Positions 17,381 to 24,211 of a stretch of 32,000 nucleotides of DNA are shown piece by piece. The notes under the pieces were generated by a model. The model saw nothing but the letters and a program-made list of their open reading frames with translations, was not told the DNA's origin and did not search any database. Position 1 is the first letter of the stretch. The number at the start of each line of letters is the position of its first letter. Source of the DNA: Nitrosococcus oceani ATCC 19707 (GTDB lineage: Bacteria > Pseudomonadota > Gammaproteobacteria > Nitrosococcales > Nitrosococcaceae); NCBI RefSeq assembly GCF_000012805.1, contig NC_007484.1, positions 900,001 to 932,000 on the forward strand, written 5' to 3'. The translations under genes and the position numbers were made by a program.

Positions 17381-18291
17381 GGCTTAGCCCATTGGAGTTC
17401 CGGGTGAATGGCTCGGGCCATTTTTTCTAGGGTACGGATAAAACGAGGGCCGGGTACGGTATCAAAATCATCTGCAAAGAAATGGATGCGGCCGGTTTTT
17501 ACAGCGGCTACGGTGGACAGTCTGGCCCAATCCTGTAAAAGGGCCGTATCGTCCAAATCCTGGGGCGCCGTTTGCTCAGATATCAGCTCAATGATCACCT
17601 CGGGGTCAAGGTGCATAATGCCCTCGGCAGAGAGGGGGGGTACCCGGATAAGATGTCCTTGATAAGCGTTAATCCCACCTGCAATGCGAATCATCTCATC
17701 ATAGGGGTCTGCTGCCCCTGCCACAAAAATTTCTCTTAGGGGGCTTACCGGGTGGCCCATGACTACCAGGACCCGTGGCCGGGGTAAATGGGCTGTTTTA
17801 GTCCTTATAGCTTCCATCCGCGATTTGAGACTAGCTAGTAAAGTCTTCGCTTCTGCCTCTTTGCCTGTTGCCATTCCGATAATACGGATAGAGTCCAGAA
17901 TATCCTTCAGCTTTTGATGTTGTACTTGCAAGGTAGAAATGCCGAGTTGCTCCAGTCTTGGTGTGAAGGTTTGATGACCGGGAAAGGTGATCACCAGATC
18001 GGGTCTGAGAGCGATTATGGCTTCAAGATGGGGGTCCAAGTATCCGCCTACCTTTGGTTTTGTCAGCGCTTTTGGTGGATAATCGCAGTAGCGGGTGACC
18101 CCCACCACTTGCTCTTCCAGCCCTAACGCAAACAAAGTTTCCGTAATGCTGGGCGCAAGGGAGATAATGCGATGATATTTTTCCGGCTCAGGCTTAACTT
18201 TTCTATTATTTTCTAAATATTTAGATTCATTGCCATGAGCACCCGTAATACCCCCCAGAATGAATAAAGCCCATAGTGCTATTTTCTTCAT
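17377..18291 (-). CDS. Periplasmic substrate-binding protein, FecB/BtuF (TroA-like) family
   Basis: Signal peptide MKKIALWALFILGGITGAHG. Family stretches: RIISLAPSITETLFALGLEEQVVGVTRYCDYP and LRPDLVI. ATG 18291 lies 2 nt after the glcF stop (TGAtaATG). The track ORF begins at TTG 18297. Confidence 0.85.
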   Translation of the reverse strand: MKKIALWALFILGGITGAHGNESKYLENNRKVKPEPEKYHRIISLAPSITETLFALGLEEQVVGVTRYCDYPPKALTKPKVGGYLDPHLEAIIALRPDLVITFPGHQTFTPRLEQLGISTLQVQHQKLKDILDSIRIIGMATGKEAEAKTLLASLKSRMEAIRTKTAHLPRPRVLVVMGHPVSPLREIFVAGAADPYDEMIRIAGGINAYQGHLIRVPPLSAEGIMHLDPEVIIELISEQTAPQDLDDTALLQDWARLSTVAAVKTGRIHFFADDFDTVPGPRFIRTLEKMARAIHPELQWAKP

Positions 18292-18293
18292 TA

Positions 18294-19511
18294 TCAAGGG
18301 GGAGGAGCAAAGAGGGTGATCCAGTGTTTGACAGGCAAGGAGGATTGACTCTGAAGGTGGGTTAAACAGCCAATGTTAGCGGTAGCGATAAGCTGAGGGT
18401 GGCCGTGCTCTAATGCGGAGAGTTTGTTTGCGAGGAGGCGCTGGGAAAGATCCCGCTGCAACAGAGAATAGGTTCCCGCTGAACCACAACATAGGTGAGG
18501 ATCAGGCACTTCAGTGAGGTCAAAGCCCGCCTCCTGTAGTATATTCTCCACAACCCCCCCCAGTTGTTGGCCATGTTGCAGAGTGCAGGGCGATTGGAAG
18601 GCGATGCGGCGGGGGACATGGGGAGAAGGAGTTAATAGGGAACAGTCTTCTTGGGCGAGGATTTCACTAATATCCCGGGTGAGTTCTGCGATCTTGGCCG
18701 CTTTTTCCCTATAAACCGGATCTTCGGCTAATAAGCTTCCATATTCTTTAATCATGGCGCCGCAGCCGCTGGCGGTCACCACGATTGCTTCTGCCCCTGA
18801 CTCTAGTTGTGGCCACCAGGCATCAATATTTTGGCGCATAAAATCCAAAGCGGATTGGGGGGCTGAGAGATGGTGATTAATTGCCCCGCAACAGCCGCTA
18901 TAAGGAGTCCGCACCAGGCTAATGCCCAGCTGATCTAAAACCCAGGCAGTGCTAGCGTTGATCTCAGGCGCCAGGGCTGGCTGGACGCAGCCTTCCAGAA
19001 CTAACATCTTGCGGGAATGGAGAGCGGTTGGCCAGGGTCTCGCTTTGCTGCGGGGCGGTATATCGCGCTTTATGGCGGAGGGCAGGAAAGGGGAGAGCAT
19101 TTGACCTAACCGTAATAGGATGGTAAAGCGCCGGCGATAGGGGAGCAGGGTGCGTAAGGCGGCTCGAGCGAGGCGTTCCCGAGGGGGTCTAGCAACCTTA
19201 GTAGCAACCACCTCACGGCCAATATCCACCAAGCGGCCATAACGGACTCCAGAGGGGCAAGTGGTTTCGCAGGCCCGGCAAGTCAGGCAGCGGTCTAAAT
19301 GCTGTTGGGTTTTCCTGCTGACGGTTTGCCCTTCAACCGCCTCTTTTATAAGATAAATACGGCCACGAGGGCCATCTAGCTCATCCCCTAGTAGTTGATA
19401 GGTAGGGCAGGTAGCGGTACAAAAGCCGCAATGCACGCACGAGCGCAAGATGGCGTCAGCTTCCCGCCCCTGGGGTGTATTTTTAATAAAGTCTGCTAGC
19501 TGAGTTTGCAC
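18294..19511 (-). CDS. glcF: Glycolate oxidase iron-sulfur subunit (GlcF, 405 aa)
   Basis: Two 4Fe-4S ferredoxin motifs (CVHCGFCTATCP and CLTCRACETTCP) and two CCG cysteine-rich domains (SGCCGAINHH and HLCCGSAGTY). Length matches E. coli GlcF. Confidence 0.9.
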   Translation of the reverse strand: MQTQLADFIKNTPQGREADAILRSCVHCGFCTATCPTYQLLGDELDGPRGRIYLIKEAVEGQTVSRKTQQHLDRCLTCRACETTCPSGVRYGRLVDIGREVVATKVARPPRERLARAALRTLLPYRRRFTILLRLGQMLSPFLPSAIKRDIPPRSKARPWPTALHSRKMLVLEGCVQPALAPEINASTAWVLDQLGISLVRTPYSGCCGAINHHLSAPQSALDFMRQNIDAWWPQLESGAEAIVVTASGCGAMIKEYGSLLAEDPVYREKAAKIAELTRDISEILAQEDCSLLTPSPHVPRRIAFQSPCTLQHGQQLGGVVENILQEAGFDLTEVPDPHLCCGSAGTYSLLQRDLSQRLLANKLSALEHGHPQLIATANIGCLTHLQSQSSLPVKHWITLFAPPP

Positions 19512-19627
19512 GTTACTAAATATCTTATCTGCTTTTCTGGTCTAATGTTATAACCATTATCTCTATGATAGGGGATGATTGAAAAGGGTGAAATGAGTGT
19601 AGAGGGCGATCCGGGGAGAGCGAATTG

Positions 19628-20824
19628 ATGAAAAAAGAGCAAGAACAGGGTTTTACTACCCAAGTGATTCATGGCCACAATGAAAAATTGGATCCCGTAC
19701 ATGGCTCTACTACCCCGCCTTTGTATTTGAATACCGCTTTCCTTTTTGAAAATGCAGACCAAGGAGCAAGGCGCTTTGCTAGGGAGGAAGAGGGGTATGT
19801 CTATGCCCGGATGGGGAATCCTTCCGTGGAGATGCTCGAAAAACGCCTTGCGCTCCTTGAAAATGGGGAAGCGGCCGCAGCTTTCGCATCGGGTATGGGG
19901 GCGATTTCGAGCCTATTGCTCCACTTAGCGCAACCGGGGGACCATATTATTTCAGTGCGTGAAATCTATGGGGGAACTTACGCATTTTTTGAGGGGCAAC
20001 TTAAGCGCATGGGGTGCAGCATTACTTATTTTAATCCCGCCGCACCGGATTTAGAAGCAGAGCTGGATGCCCAATATACCTCCCATAGCCGGGTTTTGTA
20101 CTTGGAAACCCCCTCCAATCCCTCCCTAGCCTTGGTAGACCTGGAAGCTTGCAGCCGTTGGGCCCATAAACGGGGTCTTGTTACCGTGGTGGATAACACT
20201 TTTTGTACGCCCTACTTGCAACGTCCGTTGAATTTTGGGATAGATTGGAGCGTGCACAGCACCACAAAATATCTTAATGGCCATGGCGACTGCGTGGGGG
20301 GCGTGGTTATCGGCACCGAACCAGCCATTCAAGCTTTACGCCAAGAGGTACAATGGCATTTTGGCAATGTGCTTTCCCCCTTTAATGCCTGGCTGACTCT
20401 ACGCGGCTTACAAACCCTTTCATTGCGTATGGCACGGCATTCAGAAACGGCGCTAACGGTGGCTCGTTTTCTGGAAGAACACCCAAAAGTACAGCGGGTG
20501 CATTATCCGGGACTTCCTTCCCATCCCCAGCATGAGCTGGCGCAAAAACAAATGGCGGGCTTTAGCGGGATGATCTCTTTTTCTCTTGCTAGTCGGGAAG
20601 CCGGTCCCCGGCTGCTCAATAACTTGCAATTATGTTTGCTAGCGGTAAGTTTAGGTCATGTAGCAACACTGATTGAGCACCCGGCTTCCATGAGCCATGC
20701 AGCTTACTCGGAGGAAGAGTGTCGGGCTGCAGGATTGGATACCGCCCTGGTTCGCCTCAGCGTAGGGTTGGAAGAGGCTACAGATCTGATTGCAGATTTA
20801 GAACAGGGATTGGAGAAAGTCTAG
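19628..20824 (+). CDS. Cys/Met-metabolism PLP-dependent enzyme, methionine gamma-lyase / cystathionine gamma-synthase family (MGL-like)
   Basis: PLP-lysine context HSTTKYLNGHGD. Also VVDNTFCTPYLQRPL, YARMGNPSVEMLEKRLALLENGEAAAAFASGMGAI and HPASMSHA. GGGGAGAG SD lies before ATG 19628. Strong resemblance to the Pseudomonas putida MGL sequence as I recall it. Confidence 0.87.
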   Translation: MKKEQEQGFTTQVIHGHNEKLDPVHGSTTPPLYLNTAFLFENADQGARRFAREEEGYVYARMGNPSVEMLEKRLALLENGEAAAAFASGMGAISSLLLHLAQPGDHIISVREIYGGTYAFFEGQLKRMGCSITYFNPAAPDLEAELDAQYTSHSRVLYLETPSNPSLALVDLEACSRWAHKRGLVTVVDNTFCTPYLQRPLNFGIDWSVHSTTKYLNGHGDCVGGVVIGTEPAIQALRQEVQWHFGNVLSPFNAWLTLRGLQTLSLRMARHSETALTVARFLEEHPKVQRVHYPGLPSHPQHELAQKQMAGFSGMISFSLASREAGPRLLNNLQLCLLAVSLGHVATLIEHPASMSHAAYSEEECRAAGLDTALVRLSVGLEEATDLIADLEQGLEKV

Positions 20825-20858
20825 CTTCGTTAGCACATTTTTAAACTATTGCCGCACC

Positions 20859-21836
20859 CTAGAAGGGACCTAGGGTTCTGTCACTCGCCGCTTGAGTCCG
20901 TGCCAGAAATCGTTCAGCGAAAGTTTTTTTGACAGTGTAGGTGACTTTATAGAGATTAGCGGTTTTACAAGCTTCAGCTAAGTAATCATCGCTGGTTTCG
21001 AGATCATCTATGAGGTTAAGTTTCTTGGCTTGAATGGCGTGCCAATGTTGGCCCGTGGCAGTTTGTGAGAGATCCATATCAGGGCGGTAGCGGGCAACAA
21101 ATTCTTTGAATAATTGGTGGATATCCTCCACTTGCTTTTTAGCCAACTCACGATCCTGATCGGTGTTAATGCCAAACAGCGTAACCGTTCGTTTTAATTC
21201 GCCCGCTTTGATTTGCTCAAAGTCTATGCCGTGTTTATCCAGTAGACGGTGGAAATTGGGCACCTGCATCAAGGCACCAATAGAGCCGATGATAGCAAAC
21301 GGCGCGGCAATAATGCGGTTCCCCACGCAAGCCATCATATACCCCCCGCTGGCTGCTATTTTATCCACGGCGATGATCAATGGAATTTGTTTTTTCCTGA
21401 TTCGCTCCAATTGGGAAGCCGCCAGCCCATACTCATGAACCAATCCGCCTCCACTTTCCAATCGGAGTAGTATCTCATCTTCTGGTGTTGCCACGCTGAG
21501 TACCGCAGTAATTTCTTCCCGTAACGAGGCTACAGCCGTGGCTCTAATATCCCCATGAAAATCAAGCACGAAAACACGTTTGGTGTATTTTTGTTTATTT
21601 TTATGGGCCTTTTCGGACTTGAGCTTTTTTACGAATTCCTTCTTTGGCATGAGGTGCATCATGAGCGTCCGGGTCATACGCTCATAATATTTATTAAGAT
21701 GCTTAATCTCCAATTTCTCGGCGGCCTGCACTCGGCTTTTCGATGAGATTGATGACCTTATTAGCAATGCGATTAATATTACGATAGTAAGCGTTTTTGC
21801 TAGAAAGAGCCCATATTCAGAGAGGAGTTCGCTCAT
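20859..21836 (-). CDS. sohB: Inner-membrane S49-family peptidase SohB (325 aa)
   Basis: N-terminal TM helix (LFLAKTLTIVILIALLI) and a basic linker. S49/SppA-type catalytic region IAASGGYMMAC and GSIGA. Confidence 0.85.
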   Translation of the reverse strand: MSELLSEYGLFLAKTLTIVILIALLIRSSISSKSRVQAAEKLEIKHLNKYYERMTRTLMMHLMPKKEFVKKLKSEKAHKNKQKYTKRVFVLDFHGDIRATAVASLREEITAVLSVATPEDEILLRLESGGGLVHEYGLAASQLERIRKKQIPLIIAVDKIAASGGYMMACVGNRIIAAPFAIIGSIGALMQVPNFHRLLDKHGIDFEQIKAGELKRTVTLFGINTDQDRELAKKQVEDIHQLFKEFVARYRPDMDLSQTATGQHWHAIQAKKLNLIDDLETSDDYLAEACKTANLYKVTYTVKKTFAERFLARTQAASDRTLGPF

Positions 21837-21881
21837 GTATCTTGGTTCCCATGCTGGAATAAAGAAAAAGTATTGAGTAGG

Positions 21882-22952
21882 CTAGAATTCCTGGTACATT
21901 CGTCCTGGATTCAGAATGCCATGGGGATCGAAGGCTCGTTTGAGATGTTGATGTAGCGCCATGAGTGGGGGAGATAGGGGGTGAAAGACCTCGCCGCTAC
22001 GATCTCCACCACGGAATAGAGTGGCATAACCGTTGATGCTCTCGGCGGCAGGGCGTATCGTTTCTGCAGTCAATTCGGAGCGAAACCAGCGTTGGGCTCC
22101 GCCCCAGCCAATTTTCCATTCCCCCGGCAGATCGATGGGTGGTGTTGTGGCGGGTACCGACCAGCGCCAAAGAGGGGCTGTGCTTCGTTGGAAAAAAAGA
22201 TGGGTTTGTTCTCGCACTTTTTCCCAGAACTTTGTGCTGTCGCTCAGTTTATCGCCTCCAACCTTGTTGCGCGCAGCCTGGATGCTCTCTTCAGAGCCGG
22301 ATAGACGTACGTAAAGATGCTCTCCGTCAAAAGCACACGCTGAAAGGGGAAGGGGCTGGGCTGCCCAGACATTGAACAGGCGAATGGCATTGTGGGCATC
22401 CCGTTCTTGGGAGAGTGTGATTTCCATGGGAGGACGGGGCGAAACCTTTAGAGAGACTTCCAGCAGCACCCCTAGGGTACCAAGGCTACCTGCCATCAAG
22501 CGGGAGATATCATAGCCAGCTACGTTTTTCATCACCCGTCCGCCAAAGCGTAGCACCTGGCCCCTGCCGTTAATAATCTGTACCCCTAATATCATATCCC
22601 GGACTGCTCCCCCATAGGGTCGGCGTGGGCCGGAGAGGCCGCTAGCTACAGCGCCGCCTAGGGTAGCGTTGGAGCCGAAGTAAGGGGGTTCAAAAGTAAG
22701 CATTTGGCCCTGCTCGGCAAGCAGCGTTTCAATTTCGGCCAACGGTGTTCCCGCACGGGCAGTGACGACGAGTTCGGTGGGTTCGTAGCTGGTGATGCCC
22801 TGGTGTTTGCCTACGTTCAGGGGCGTACCTTTTAGGTGACGGCCATAAAAAACTTTGGTATTACCACCTATAATTCGCAAAGGGGTTTGAGCCGCTGCCG
22901 CAGTACGGACGGTTTCCTGAAGTTCTTCGCTGCTGTCATGAGTGCGCATCAT
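21882..22952 (-). CDS. glcE: Glycolate oxidase FAD-binding subunit (GlcE)
   Basis: PCMH-type FAD-binding domain: LRIIGGNTKVFYG, GITSYEPTELVVTARAGTPL, ATLGGAVASGLSGPRRPYGGAVRD, KNVAGYD. The start is placed at ATG 22952, 8 nt after an AAGGTAGG SD. The track ORF begins at GTG 22958. Confidence 0.87.
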   Translation of the reverse strand: MMRTHDSSEELQETVRTAAAAQTPLRIIGGNTKVFYGRHLKGTPLNVGKHQGITSYEPTELVVTARAGTPLAEIETLLAEQGQMLTFEPPYFGSNATLGGAVASGLSGPRRPYGGAVRDMILGVQIINGRGQVLRFGGRVMKNVAGYDISRLMAGSLGTLGVLLEVSLKVSPRPPMEITLSQERDAHNAIRLFNVWAAQPLPLSACAFDGEHLYVRLSGSEESIQAARNKVGGDKLSDSTKFWEKVREQTHLFFQRSTAPLWRWSVPATTPPIDLPGEWKIGWGGAQRWFRSELTAETIRPAAESINGYATLFRGGDRSGEVFHPLSPPLMALHQHLKRAFDPHGILNPGRMYQEF

Positions 22953-22975
22953 TAACACCGCCTACCTTATAAATT

Positions 22976-23001
22976 CTATCCTTATCGATTTTTAAGGATA
23001 G
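22976..23001. repeat. Perfect 9-bp inverted repeat CTATCCTTA-N8-TAAGGATAG immediately upstream of the glcE SD (candidate operator or 5'-UTR hairpin)
   Basis: Read directly from the sequence. The arms at 22976-22984 and 22993-23001 are exact reverse complements. The repeat sits about 5 nt from the putative glcE ribosome-binding site. Confidence 0.8.
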
Positions 23002-23379
23002 TATATTGGTCTGCTCTCAGGTTCAAATAGTAATAGCTGGTTAATGGCTTCCGCCCCTAAGGACGGTGTTGATCGGGATGTTTCTTCGGTTCTTCTGGAA
23101 GCGGCGCGCATCACTAAGCCGTGGAATTCCTAACCAAATTGTTTGTATTCCTCGAGTTAAGTAGCTTAATGAAGAAAATAAGGAAGGCTGCTAGTAGTCT
23201 CCTGTTTTGTACGTATGGCGTCTTGATCAGAGGGGGGGAAATTGCTTAAATTGTGCCACCGATGATAACCCCCTGTCATGGTAAGGAATATAGTAGCCTA
23301 ATTAAGCGGGTGGACGTCGGAGTGATAATAATTATTTTTGGATATATCTTTAAATTGGATAGTTACGAGCTAAAAATTT

Positions 23380-23904
23380 ATGAAACATTTTGCTTATCGT
23401 TCTATGGTGCAGTTGCGCCTGTTAGGTTTAATTTTCACGGCGATGGTGGCGAGTACGGCTTGCAGTGAAGCCGAGAAATCAGCAAGCAAACCCGCTGTCC
23501 CGGTGACCATATCAGGAAGTATGAATGGAGAGGATGGGCCGATTAAGGAGGCCAAGCTAACTGCTACGGATAGCCATGGTGAAGTAATTACCACTGCCGA
23601 GGTAAGCGGCCGTGCCCGTTATCAGTTGGAGTTGCCTGCTGGCGCGGCTTATCCAGTGATCATCTCGGCAATTTATCCTCGTTCTACAAAGATAGAGAAA
23701 TCGGGCCAAGGAGAGGTCAAAGCCGTGGTTATGGAGGCTAGCAGTTCCACCGTTGAACTTAGCCCGAGATCGACGGCTATTGTTAATATGGCGCTTGCCC
23801 GTGGCGGCCTTACCCTGGAGAACTTCAAAGCTGCATCGGCCGCTGCCCTTAATTTAGGCGCTGGTTCGGGTGGCGGTTCTGGTGGTGGTCACGGAGGACA
23901 TTAA
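23380..23904 (+). CDS. Hypothetical exported protein / possible lipoprotein with a Gly/His-rich C-terminal tail (174 aa)
   Basis: Signal-like N-terminus ending ...FTAMVASTAC, an imperfect lipobox. The central beta-rich region resembles a carboxypeptidase-regulatory-like fold pattern (PVTISGSMNGEDGPIKEAKLTATDSHGEVITTAEVSGRARYQLELPAGAAYPV). The tail is GAGSGGGSGGGHGGH. No clear SD. Confidence 0.5.
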   Translation: MKHFAYRSMVQLRLLGLIFTAMVASTACSEAEKSASKPAVPVTISGSMNGEDGPIKEAKLTATDSHGEVITTAEVSGRARYQLELPAGAAYPVIISAIYPRSTKIEKSGQGEVKAVVMEASSSTVELSPRSTAIVNMALARGGLTLENFKAASAAALNLGAGSGGGSGGGHGGH

Positions 23905-24095
23905 AGTTTATGGAGCAGTTTTGATGGCTCTCCTGGAGCTGTTTTGAAATTTCCCGCTGTTTTGAGAAAGTCGGGGGGGACAAGTCTGCGCCTTTTACGG
24001 GCTTTCCCCACCGGATTTCTATATTCATAAAATTTTTTTAGAACCTCGTCGTTTTTACCAGACTAAGACTTAATTTTGTAGGGCTCCTAGGGTTT

Positions 24096-24130
24096 AATTT
24101 AAGCATTTAAGCATTTAAGCATTTAAGCAG
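24096..24130. repeat. 8-bp tandem repeat (AAGCATTT) x3 plus partial copies on each side
   Basis: Exact units at 24101-24108, 24109-24116 and 24117-24124. A partial AAGCA follows at 24125-24129 and a degenerate TAATTT precedes. The array ends about 82 nt upstream of the dnaE ATG. Confidence 0.9.
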
Positions 24131-24211
24131 TTAGTTCGCCTACCGCTTAGCCGGAATATAAGTATCGGTAGTGTGTTAGCAGACGCTAGCCCATCACATA
24201 GTCAAATCATT

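Noticed and set aside
19512-19627. Possible SAM/Met riboswitch upstream of the MGL-like gene
   Set aside because: The whole divergent intergenic region is only 116 nt. I found no conserved SAM-riboswitch element and no terminator or anti-terminator pairing.
20857-20875. CCCTAG-N7-CTAGGG hairpin between the convergent MGL-like and sohB genes, considered as a bidirectional terminator
   Set aside because: The stem is only 6 bp, there is no flanking U-tract on either strand, and it overlaps the sohB stop codon. The evidence is insufficient.
24096-24130. Tandem repeat considered as a CRISPR or minisatellite array
   Set aside because: The unit is only 8 bp with no spacers, and no cas genes are present. 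It is a simple microsatellite.
24173-24211. N-terminal extensions of track ORFs: dnaE from 24173, glgE from 4970, REC-GGDEF from 27831, cupin from 10880
   Set aside because: In each case a downstream in-frame ATG coincides with the start of the conserved domain. For glgE and the cupin, that ATG also has a better SD. The extensions have no family-like sequence.
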